DNA of 64,000 bases from Eledone cirrhosa (taxonomy: Eukaryota), in the NCBI GenBank assembly GCA_964016885.1, contig OZ024752.1, positions 27,094,001-27,158,000 of the forward strand. The letters run 5' to 3'. The position numbers and the translations under genes are program-made. Of the stretch, positions 31,061 through 43,441 are shown in pieces (positions within the stretch are counted from its first letter, which is position 1; each line of letters begins with the position of its first letter). The notes beneath the pieces were generated by a model, which worked only from the letters and a program-made list of their open reading frames with translations, searched no databases and was not told the origin of the DNA.

Positions 31061-31930
31061 TCTTTTTTGTTGTTTTTTAAATTGTTATTATCATGAGTGT
31101 TTCCTTAATGTGAGCATTGGGTGGCTTAAGAATGAAATTATTAATAATATAATATACTTTTTGCTGAAGTTGCCTGTTATTGTTGTTGGCTATGTCGGTG
31201 GTGGTGCTGGGGCTTTTTCTATTGTTGGTGGGGAGGGGGGAGCCAGCAGTGCCATAGTGGTTGTCGTTTGGCCGGTGGCCGGGTCACTAAGTCAATCTAT
31301 TTATATCTTTTGCTAGCCTCTCCCTTGTCTAGTGATACCGCCACCTTCCCCTTTCTTAAGTTAACAGAAGGTAATGGGGGAATAGTAGTGGTAGCAATGA
31401 AGGAGTGGTGGCGGCGGTGATGGGATAGTGGTAGCAATGATGGATGGAGTGATGGCGGCGATGACTAAAGTGATGACGTTGTCGTTACTGAGTTTTGTTG
31501 AATAGACTGTAGTTTTGTTTGATCTGTGTATCTATGCGTTTGTCGCGTATGTTTAATATATGTGTTGACATATTGACTTAATATTGGAATTAAACATTTT
31601 GTGAAAACTTGAGACGATAATAATAGTAGTAATTATTATTATTATGCTGGGATTGGTGGTGGTGAAATTCCCGTTATCTGGCTGTTATTATTATTATTAT
31701 TATTATTGTTATTGAATGCTATGGTTGACGGAGGCTCGGCTCTGTAAGGTATTGTAAATTTTGAACGCTATAACAATTGTAAATTGTTTAAAACTTTAAC
31801 GAACTTGTAGACAAAAACACCCTCCTCCTCGTGAGAGGGGTCTTTCTGCCCGTTATTTGGCCCTTCGGGGTTAAATAACTGCTTGTTGGGGTTTTGTACC
31901 CAATATTTATTTTAAACAAAAAAAAACAAC

Positions 31931-34033
31931 ATGGCCACGAAAAAGAATTTGCATAGGTCACTCCCACTCATTCCGTCTTCTTCTTCCTCAATCATCACTA
32001 CAGCAGAGAGAAGATTGTCTCTCTCCCTCCCTTCTTTAAATGTGTCTCTCTCCCCCCCTTCTCTTTCGCAAGCGACGAAAGAAAAGAAAAGTCTCGTGCA
32101 AAGCGTGCAAGGTTTCTCCACGACGACGACGACAGCGACGAAACAGGTGTGCGGGAAATACGAAAACCCAGTTCATTCGTCTGACGTCAGGAATAATAGC
32201 AGTAGCAGCCGTAATAACAACAGCAACAGTGACAATGAAAACAACAGTAGCAGCCGCAACAGCATCACCAGCAGCATAAACAACAACAGCATTAGCAGCA
32301 GCAACACCAACAACAACCACAGCAACAGCGGCGAAGGCAGTAGTCGTAGTACCTGCAGCAACAACAAAAGTAACAGCAGCCCTGACGACAACAACAACAA
32401 CAGCAGCAAAGAAAAACCAATCTCATTTGCAGGTATTGCGAAAAACTTGGAAACAATCCTCATAACAAATGAGGAATTAGAGGAAGCGAAGAAGATGGTG
32501 ACAAAAACCGGACACCGAGCAATCTGCAAGGCAGCGGAAAAATTTTTCGAAACCCAACAGCACTGTACGGTCACGTACCGTACAGTAAGTACAAAATCCC
32601 GTAGGGTGGAAAGAGCCACAGAGGCCCAAATAAAAAAAGCCTTGGGATCTGTGTGGCAGCGGAAAACGCACATCACCCGAGGCAAAAAATATGCCACCGT
32701 AGACGTACTTTTTGCCACACCCCAGGAGGCAAAGGCCCAATCCGTAGTGACCCTAAGGAGCGAGGAAATGGTGTTGGTGCCCTCCTACTGCGGGCAAAAA
32801 ATTGTGAGGGTCAAACTGACACACGTCCCCACCGGAATGGCCCCTTCTTGGCTGGCCGCGTCTGTCCTCGTCGGAATCGAGGACAAAACAACTGTACTGC
32901 AAGTACAGAAAAAAGTAAGAGAAGATTGGGTCGGCACCTCCATTGAAATGCTAATCCAAACCAACCAGGAGTGCATCGAAGCTATCCCGGATGTGATAGA
33001 CTTCGATAACGGCACTCAACTGCCCATAAGTGTTGAGGGCAAACGCCCGAAATGCTTTCGCTGTGGATCGAAGACTCACCTCAGGGCCTTCTGCAACGAG
33101 AAGACCCTGAGAAAGGAGAAAACCCCCCTCCTTCCGAAACCGGCTCCACGGCTACCAGCAACAGGACAAGCGGCAACCAGGAACGATAGGTCCGTGGCAC
33201 CCATACCCACTCCACGGAAATCAAAAACAGCAGCAGCAGTGGAAATATTAACAACAACAACAGCAATACCAAATGCAGCTGCAACAGAGACTCCAGTGCA
33301 AACATCACCACCAACAACAAGTGAAAGAGTGGAGCTGGTACCCCTCCCCGACCTCACAGAATCAGACATGGAGTGTGAGGTTGGAGAGGGATGGCAAAAG
33401 GTCGTAAGAAGGCACAAACACAGAAGCAGCGCATCGTCGCCTTTGAAAAGGGAGGAAATAAATGAGAAAAGGGTAAAGTCTACTGCAAAGAGACCCACAG
33501 CAGCAACACCACCAACACCATCACCACCCACACTAGCTCCACCATCACCACCGGCGACAACCCCACCGCCAACAACACCTTCAACACCACCACCACAAGC
33601 ACCAACATCGCAAACACAACAACAAAACACACACACCCAGCAACAACGACAAGAAAATAGCAGAACCACACCCCACCCCCAGAAAAACAAATGCACGGCA
33701 ATAAATACACACAACAAGAAACTAATGACTTACATAATTGAACACACAGACATTTCACAACAGGACTACATAATACCAGCACCAATCAAAACGCCAACTA
33801 ACATAAGACTGCTAAAAATAGCACAGAAACAATACACAAACATTAAAACGAAATTCCCCAACGCAGTTGGTGATTTTAGGGACCTAGGAGGAACTATCAA
33901 TCGACGAGTATATTCAGACATTCTCTTAGAAGAGCCGACGACCAGCCGAAGGGACGATTCAACGGTCCCTTCACCAGACGATCAAGTGAAAAGGGATATA
34001 AAAACCATCCCTCCTCTACGAAAAGTACGGTAA
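31931..34033 (+). CDS. LINE ORF1 (gag-like, CCHC zinc knuckle, low-complexity N/S and P/T tracts)
   Basis: Intact 700-aa ORF with ISVEGKRPKCFRCGSKTHLRAFC. Confidence 0.88.
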   Translation: MATKKNLHRSLPLIPSSSSSIITTAERRLSLSLPSLNVSLSPPSLSQATKEKKSLVQSVQGFSTTTTTATKQVCGKYENPVHSSDVRNNSSSSRNNNSNSDNENNSSSRNSITSSINNNSISSSNTNNNHSNSGEGSSRSTCSNNKSNSSPDDNNNNSSKEKPISFAGIAKNLETILITNEELEEAKKMVTKTGHRAICKAAEKFFETQQHCTVTYRTVSTKSRRVERATEAQIKKALGSVWQRKTHITRGKKYATVDVLFATPQEAKAQSVVTLRSEEMVLVPSYCGQKIVRVKLTHVPTGMAPSWLAASVLVGIEDKTTVLQVQKKVREDWVGTSIEMLIQTNQECIEAIPDVIDFDNGTQLPISVEGKRPKCFRCGSKTHLRAFCNEKTLRKEKTPLLPKPAPRLPATGQAATRNDRSVAPIPTPRKSKTAAAVEILTTTTAIPNAAATETPVQTSPPTTSERVELVPLPDLTESDMECEVGEGWQKVVRRHKHRSSASSPLKREEINEKRVKSTAKRPTAATPPTPSPPTLAPPSPPATTPPPTTPSTPPPQAPTSQTQQQNTHTQQQRQENSRTTPHPQKNKCTAINTHNKKLMTYIIEHTDISQQDYIIPAPIKTPTNIRLLKIAQKQYTNIKTKFPNAVGDFRDLGGTINRRVYSDILLEEPTTSRRDDSTVPSPDDQVKRDIKTIPPLRKVR

Positions 34034-34068
34034 GTGGTCTTTCCCATCTTTTCCACTCTATTTTAAAC

Positions 34069-37000
34069 ATGACCTCACTCAGAATAGGCAGCATAAATGC
34101 GCGTGGCTTGGGGTCGTCATGGAAGCAGGGTCACCTGCTCAACGACCTCAGGTCACTAAACATAGATGTAGTGGCCATCAGCGAGACCAGAATCTCCGAA
34201 GCACGGGCCTTCGCACCGATCTTTGGCGGCTACGATGTGTACGCATCTCCCAGCCGTCCTGGATCGGGGGGAGGAGTTGCTGTGCTTTTTCGGAGAGGTT
34301 TGGATCTCGCCATACGGGCCATCTTCCTGGACCCAGAGGGTAAGCTGGTGGTGCTGGACGTGACCAGCGGAGACGGGCAAGCTTTCAGGCTAGTGGCCGT
34401 CTATGCCCCGACAGGAGCAGGGCGGCCTGATTTCTTCCGGCGTCTGGAGACCTTTCTTGGAACGTCCCGCTCTTTAGTGTTAGTGGGCGACTGGAACGGG
34501 ATCTTAGATGCACGCTGGGACTGTGTGGGATTAGCGGATAGGGGTGGAGGGTTGCAAGAGCCTCACCAACCTGCTCAGGCGTTTTGAACTGTCTGACAGG
34601 TACCTATTGGATTTCCCGAATGTGCCAATGTGGACTTGGACAAATCGTATAGGGTCATCCAGATCATATCTAGATAGAGTATTTTGTAGGGAAATAGATA
34701 GGTCTAGCATAGGCTGTCCACAATTCAAGATAGTCAGCTACACGGACCACAAATTCCTGATCTGTGTGCTTGACTTAGATAGGCTTCATAGACGAGGACC
34801 CGGCTACTGGAAGCTAAACGCGTCCTTACCAGCGCGCAAGGCCTACAGAGACCGGATTAGCGAACTAGTTAAGCGGGCGTAGACGGGGGCCATCGTCAAC
34901 AACAAGTGGTGGTTTGCTCTGAAAAGAGCGATTAGAATAGAATCCATTAGGTTTAGTAAGGCTTTAGCAATAGAGAAAAATAGAGCAGAGGGAGAACTAA
35001 TTAGAAAATTAGACGAGGCGCTTAGCAAAGGCATTGCGACCGACGTGCTTGCGGCGAAATTGGCCCTTGACCAATTCTTCAATGCAAAGCGCGAAGGCTG
35101 CGTTGTCAGAGCAAGGGTGCGTGCTCTCAGACACGAGGGGACGAAAGCCGTTCAATGGGCCCGAGTGGCGGAGTCGCGTCGTGGCAACAAAGCCACGATC
35201 CGGTCTTTGGTGGACCACGACGGGCGCATGCTACTCGATCCCGGGCAAATATGTGAAGCTTTTCAGCGACACTTCGCTCAGCTGTTCGGGGGCAGCGGTG
35301 GGCCGGGTCGAGGGATGGACTTTAGTGTCTACCTCGACGGACTGTCGCGGCTCTCGGCCACTGAGGCGAAGTGTTGCGAAAAGCCGATAACAGCCGCTGA
35401 AGTAAGGGAGGCAATGACTGGCTGCACAAGGGGTAAATCGCCTGGTTTGGATGGTCTGCCCTATGAACTTTACGTACAGATGCCAGACTTGTTCGGAGGC
35501 CTCTTGGCGGACGTCTACTGCAACTGGCAACAGAACGGGAGAATTCCCAGTTCTGTGAGCCGAGGAGCGGCGGCACTGCTGAGATCCGAACAAGGGGGAT
35601 AATATAGATAATTTCCGGCCCATAACTCTGCTAAGCACAGAGTTCAAGATTTTGGCCAAGGTGTAGGCAAAGAGGTTGGCGCTTGTCATTGGTGGTCTGG
35701 TGGGAGAGGCGCAGACATGCGCCATTCCTGACAGATCCATCCACGACAACCTCCACCTCATGCGATACATCGTAGATAGGGTAGCTAGGGAACCTGGCAT
35801 GGGTGGGTCCTTGATCAATTTAGATCAGTCGAAAGCTTTCGATAGGGTCGACCATCGTTACCTAGCGGCAGTCCTGAGGGCGGCTGGCTTTGGGCCCGTC
35901 TTCAGAGGCTGGATCGCTGCCATGCACAGCGACATCTGCTCTGTGGTGAGAGTGAACGGTCACCTTTCGGAACCGTTCAACATCATGCGCTCGGTCCGCC
36001 AAGGATGTCCCCTCTCGTCCCTCTTCTACGTATTGACTCTCGAGCCATTACTGCACAAACTGGAGACGTTGAGGGGGGTCCCGCGCGAACTAGGATGCGG
36101 AAGATACGTGTCAGCATATGCGGACGATTTCACCGTAGTGGTGTCGAACGCCAAACACATCGAGGCGATCGGCACTACACTAAGAGAATACGAAGCGGTG
36201 ACAGGAGCAATGATCAACCAGGAAAAGTCAGTTGGCCTGCAGCTCGGCACCTGGAGAGGCAGGTCCATGCCGTCCAACAGCGTCGTCGGACGCTGGACGG
36301 ACGGACCGGTTAAATTGCTAGGGGTCTGGTTCGGTCCGGACCTCCAGACGGACAAAAACTGGGACGAGGTGACGAGCAGGGTGGCTTCTCTCACCCAGAA
36401 ATGGGCGGAGAGGAAGCTTTCCCTGAAAGGTCGAGCAGAGGTGGCTATCGCATACATCGCGTCCGTCATCTACTACCGCCTGACCGTCGTACCTTGTCCT
36501 AAGCCCCGCTTCACTGCGCTGGAGCGTTTGCTCTTTCGCTTTTTGTGGAAGGGACGCGCTCCGATGGTCAGGCTACGTGGAGGGCTGGGCATGCCGTGGC
36601 TGATGATGCGCAGGCACGCGCTCAGGCTACGACATCTCCACCTCTTTCTCGACGGTGATCAGGTGTGGTCGCCGTTTGCTAGACACGTATTTCCCCAGCT
36701 CGTTTCCTTGACGGAGCTGCAATCCTGGGTCAAGCGAAGACCGAGAGTGAGCGCCTGGAGACTGGAATGTCTTCAGGCGCTCACAGCCCTCGACCAATCG
36801 GGCAATGTAATCGGTGGAAACTCCACCTCGGCGTTCTATAGAGGATTAGTGGAGGGGAAGAGCGACGACGTACTTGGGGAAACTCTAGGCGTCGACGAAA
36901 ATCAACTAGCCAATCTCTTCGGAAGAACTTTCGGGCCGGGGCCTATGGACAACTTCCAGAAATCTCTGGCCTGGCAGTGCTACCGAGGAGCCTTGCCAGT

Positions 37001-37459
37001 TCGGGATAAACTCTACAGGCATGGAGGTGCCGTCAGCCGGGCAGGTCCGAGATGCGCACAGGGCGACGAACCGTCCTGCACGCACTCGTCCAGTGTCCGA
37101 AAATTGCTGATTTGTGGGTTTATGTCGAACACCTGCTGTCGCGTTTAGGACGGATCCGGCTATCATCTGAGTCCATCGTGAGGATTGCCCCGCTCTCCTC
37201 CTTCAGCCGGGAAGGGCAGGCAGTTTTTATCTGCCTGGTGGCCATGGTGAAAGAGATAGTATGGTGGACACGTTTGAAAGGGCTGAAGACGAGCACTTAC
37301 CTCTTCGGTGATGCTCTGATTGACTTTTTCAAATTTCATTTGAAAAGGAAAATCAGAGTAGAGAGGGAAGTGCTCTCTTCCCAGCATTTTGTTGAAAGAT
37401 GGGTGAGAGAAGCAAGAATGGCCCGAGTGAATGGGCCTACTCTGAGTATATATCTGTAA
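34069..37459 (+). pseudogene. LINE ORF2 (APE endonuclease + RT + C-terminal Zn motif) with frameshifts and stops
   Basis: SINARGL, ISET, VYAP, GDWN, YLDR, TDHK, WKLN, KSPGLDGLPYE, LDQSKAFDRV, VRQGCPLS, AYADD, TVLHALVQCP. Confidence 0.93.
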
Positions 37460-37708
37460 ATTAAAGGTGGAAAACTGGGAGAGGGCACTTGCCTTGGTGG
37501 TCAGGGTCATTGTGGCCTTTTACTGGGCTTTCTCCACAAATGTCCCTCCGAAGTCTCCCCCCTATTGGGGAATTATTCATTGTTTTTTTTTTGTTACATC
37601 CTCTGTTTTTGTTTTTTACACGCAGAAATGCCCATTTGTACCGTCCTGTATTGTCCTGCACTGTCCTTAATGTCTACTTTATGTAAACCCTTGTGGTTAA
37701 TAAAGAAA

Positions 37709-37766
<58 letters not shown>

Positions 37767-38192
37767 CACCATTATTATTATGTAATTACCTTTTCCTATG
37801 ACGGATATAATCTTTCGATTAATGTTTGTTCCCAATCAAATACTGATTTGTACTACAGCCATACGTGCTAAATATGTCTACTTTATCAGTTATAATAACA
37901 CATTACAATTCTTCGATAGACCAAAGTAATTTCTTTCTTAGGCACAAGGCCAAATTTATTATTTGTTTATTTGTTGTTTGTTGTTGTCGTTCAACCTAAT
38001 GTTAACGTATAGCAATCAGACCTATAATTAAATATGATCCAATTGTGACCATCTCCAGATAAAATCTTAAGACTATATCACGTTTAAGATGAAACGATGT
38101 GATTTGATGAAGATTTGGAGATTTGGCTACCATCCCTTACAAATCGAGTGATTACGTATACTTTCTTTCTTAAGCTCAGTTATCTGATTATT

Positions 38193-38255
<63 letters not shown>

Positions 38256-38269
38256 CTCTATATATATAA

Positions 38270-38365
<96 letters not shown>

Positions 38366-38393
38366 AAGAGAAAAGTACATATATATACATACT

Positions 38394-38424
<31 letters not shown>

Positions 38425-38584
38425 GTGTGTGTATGTGTGTGTGTGTATCTGTGTGTGTGTCTGTATGTCTGTGTCTGTGTGTGTGTGTCAAGAGAAAAAT
38501 GTCGGGCTGAAAAATGATGCAAAGCAGACAGACCTTAACAGTCATAGCTCAATAAATACAAGTCATTTGCTTCACCTACAACAA

Positions 38585-39075
38585 CTCTACGCCTATCACT
38601 GTCAATGACTACCAATTAGACTATATAGAGGACTTCACATACTTAGGAAGCTTCATCAGCAAATCCAACGAGGCAGAGCACAACAACAACAACAAAATAT
38701 TAAGCCATTACTTACACAAGGCAAAATATACTTGGTGCAATCTATCTAAATCTACAAATCAGAATACTGGTGAATGCTAAATAGAGATGTGAATAAATTC
38801 AATGTTTTTCATAATTGGCGCATTAGAAGAATCTATGGGAACAGCAGATCAAATGAGAAGCTGTACCGCAAACTTAGTTGCAATAATCAAGGGTGTAAAA
38901 GAAAACGCAAGTTTCTCAGGTAGCTAGGCCACATAATTTAACTGGATAAGAGCAAGATAGACAATGTAGCATTAAGATGGACAGAGAAAGCCTGGATTGC
39001 CAAAGAATACATGCCGTAGGACAGCTGAAAGTGAACTGAGGGAAATACATCTTATATGAACATAGCACAAATAGA
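38585..39075 (+). pseudogene. Decayed RTE-clade LINE 3' coding fragment
   Basis: Manual translation gives [23 protein letters not shown] ... ALRWT ... RKPGLPKNTCRRTAESELRE. Confidence 0.65.
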
Positions 39076-39994
39076 TCTTAAAACCAACCTGAAAATTTCC
39101 CAGGCAGGAAGGAGAATTTCTAGTGTAATAGTAAAGATAAAAATATCTTTAAAATAAGCACTACATCTTGTAGGTTCTAGATTTATGACTATAAAATTCA
39201 CAATAAAGACAGTTTCATCTTGAATGGGAACAACCAAACACACAAACAGATAAATAAACATAGAAACAAATAAAAACATGGTTTGAATGTTTCTCTTAAT
39301 CAGCTACACGTTTAATAGTTAATGGAATAAAGCTGAGTGGGGATATACAACAAAAGCATTAACATGTAACCCGCTCCAATACGATAGCTAATATATACGA
39401 TATTTCCATAACTGCGCAATAAAGTGAGAGTTTCAAATTAAACAAATGCTTTTTACAATGGATAAAATCATTTTATTTCAAAATACTGAAATATATTCCT
39501 AGGATAAAATTACATAATATAATACAAAATTTAATATTTAGTCAAACATACAGAAAAGGAAAACAGTATTGGAAAGGACTATAAATGCCATAAATGAGAA
39601 AAAAAGGGAGGAAGGGCAAGAACTATTAGGCAATGGAAGAATGAAAGAAGGAGTGGTGTTTCGGCCGTGCCCCACGGACAAAATGGCAATATAGATATAT
39701 TTTTTAGTGCATGTAGTATAGCATTAAAGTTTGGGCAGAAGCCTCTATTTTTATGTAGCGTGTCAACTAATTAAAAGCCGATACAATAAAATAAACTGGC
39801 TTAACATACAACATAATTTGGGTCTTAGGTTATTCTATTTAGATGTATCATATAATCACCCTAAACATTCATATATTGCCATAAACGTAAACTAAACAAT
39901 GCCTACTCATAAAGGTATAAGACTAGAAATTACAGAGAGGGTAAACAGTTGATTATATTGTCATCAGTATTAGACTGACATTATATTTATCTAC

Positions 39995-40091
39995 CCCGAC
40001 TTTACCTTTCATCCTTACGGGGTCGATAAAATAAAGTACCAGTAATACACTGGGTAATTTGTTGGCCTTGTGCCTAAAGTAGAAACAATTA
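39995..40091 (+). mobile_element. Deu/Nin SINE fragment with apparent target-site duplication
   Basis: Same core as 26766; ATTTATCTACCCCG occurs on both sides (about 39985 and 40093). Confidence 0.7.
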
Positions 40092-40700
40092 GATTTATCT
40101 ACCCCGTAATGAAGAAAAGCACATCTGATTTCACCGAGGTTTGAAATCAGAATGTAATAAAATTGGAAACAAATATCGCTGGGCATTTTTTTTCCGACGC
40201 TTTAATAATTTTGCTAATCAACCGCCCGAACAAAAACTAAATGATATAGGTATTGAAATAAATTTTTTTTTAATTTCATCTATTGAATTTGAGAACTTTC
40301 TCTGGAATCTGAAAAATATTTCCTACTATGATGGTAGAAAATTAAATTCTTTCAGTCAAATTTTCAACAAAAGATATCACGATACACAAGGAAAAATCAT
40401 TAAGAATAATCGGAAATTACGATTCATATTAAATAATGCAAATGTAAAGACGTTGTATTTTGGCGACACGAGAATGCTAACTATTGTGTAATAAACCAAG
40501 ACTGCACAGCGTGTTCTCGATATACGAGACAAATTCTTCTCCAGCGGCGATATCATTTTCGCAATGTGAACTGCGTAATTTGACATGTCTATCCCTCTCA
40601 TTCTCAGTATCCATCTTCCCCAACAACATGTTTCTCTCGCTCTCTCACACACACACTACATATATATATAAGAGGAAATATATATATATATGTATGCATG

Positions 40701-40774
<74 letters not shown>

Positions 40775-41027
40775 GATATATATATATGTATGTATATGTA
40801 TATATATATGTATGTATGTATATGTATATATATAAGAGGAAAAAAAATATAACTATATATACATATATATATATATTTATATATATATATATGTATGTAT
40901 GTATATATGTATATATATGTATATATATATATGTGTGTGTGTGTATGTATGTATATATGTATATATATGTATATATATATGTGTGTATATATGTATATAT
41001 ATATATACATATATATATATATGTATA

Positions 41028-41116
<89 letters not shown>

Positions 41117-41123
41117 ATATATG

Positions 41124-41187
<64 letters not shown>

Positions 41188-41231
41188 TATATATATGTGT
41201 GTATATATATATATAGATATATGTATATATG

Positions 41232-41318
<87 letters not shown>

Positions 41319-41376
41319 ATATATATATATATATATGTGTGTGTATATATATGTATATATATATATATATATATAG

Positions 41377-41440
<64 letters not shown>

Positions 41441-41735
41441 ATGTAATAAACAACATAAGGCAATTATTCCATTTACCAGTGGTTTCTTAAAAGCAAAAGG
41501 TTTTGCTTTCAATCCTCAGAATGAAAAATCCTGGTTTGTTTATTGAATATGGATTCTAAAAACGAAAATGCAATCTATATGAAAGTGAGGCTGGAAAAGG
41601 GAGAAGGAAAGGAAAAATAAAATAAAATAAAACTACACATGCAAACACACACAAAAAAACCCAAAAGCATACTTACACACACACACATATATACACATAT
41701 AATTTGCACGCATACACATATACACATACACATAC

Positions 41736-41786
<51 letters not shown>

Positions 41787-41891
41787 CATACACATACATA
41801 CACATATATATATATAAAGAGCGTACACCTACACACACATACACATATATATACACACATATACACATACATATATTCATACATACACACG

Positions 41892-41927
<36 letters not shown>

Positions 41928-41949
41928 TATATATACACATGTACATATC

Positions 41950-41987
<38 letters not shown>

Positions 41988-42018
41988 TACACATACATAT
42001 ACACACATATACACATAT

Positions 42019-42056
<38 letters not shown>

Positions 42057-42456
42057 GTGTGTACAAGCCTACACATACACACACACATATATATACACAC
42101 ACATATACATACATTCACACAAACATACAACGTACATACATACACATACATGAATGCACTCCACTACATATTAACACACGCAAATAAATATAAGAAAAAA
42201 ATATATATAAATAATATTAACAAATATTTGACAGCGATACATGCCCCAGCTAACAGGACAGACACGCGTGGTAAGTAATACACACATAAGCGCATATACA
42301 TACGTTCGAAATAGTAAACACATACACACACTCTCACACATAAATATACATATACAAATACATAAACACGTACATACACATACATACGCAGACACGTACA
42401 CGTATACAATATAAACACACACATGTATATGTAATTATATACACACACACACACAC

Positions 42457-42519
<63 letters not shown>

Positions 42520-43441
42520 CAAAAATATAAAAATATAAACGCACACACACATATAAATACGTAAACACACATATACATACATAGCTAAACAATTATACAC
42601 ATGCAAATACGTATATATCAAAAGAACGCACAACCAAATACAAACACACACACATATATACACACACACACACCCACACACAAACCCACACATACATAAA
42701 AATAAATAAAAACACACGCAACATATACATATACATACATACACATACATATACATATATACATATATACATATACATATATATACATACACACATATAT
42801 ATACACAAATATATATATATATATATATACATATATACACACATACACGTACACATACACACATGCATACACATACACACACACATATACATGTGTGTAT
42901 GTGTAAAGCTCAGTATTAGATAAGACAAATGAACCTTACATAAACGTATATATAGTAGTAAAGTAATAAAGCCATACAAGGCAATTAATCCATTCACCAG
43001 AGGTTTCTTAAAAGCAAAAAAAGTTTCCTTCAATCTTCAGAATGAAATATACAAATATATACACACATACAGACACGCACACACACATATATATATATAT
43101 ACATATATATATATACATGTACATATATATATATATATATATATACAGACATATATACATACACACACATACACACACATACATATACATACATACATAC
43201 ACATATATATACATACACAAACATATACGTACACATATACATATATACACACAAAAATACATACACATACACATAGGTATGTGAAGGGCAAAACAAAAAG
43301 AATATATGGGGTGGGGGGCCTAGAGGAGGTAAAAATATAAAGGGAGGTAAGGGAGAAAGAAATATTTTTTAAATACAAGAGTACAGAAGGTAGAAGCAGC
43401 AAAATAAAAGCCGTAGCAAAAGTAAAGAGCAGAGAAGGAGT

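Larger units (their letters stand above)
31714..37710 (+). mobile_element. Full-length Tx1/L1-clade LINE inserted in (ATT)n
   Basis: 5' UTR, ORF1, ORF2 and a 3' UTR with AATAAA; (ATT)n directly on both sides. Confidence 0.92.

Noticed and set aside
31805-31905. HDV-like ribozyme in the Tx1 5' UTR
   Set aside because: Several hairpins are present (including a UUCG loop), but the nested double-pseudoknot pairings could not be built.
40141-40491. 116-aa ORF
   Set aside because: AT-rich with no motif; more likely a decayed DNA-transposon-like sequence.
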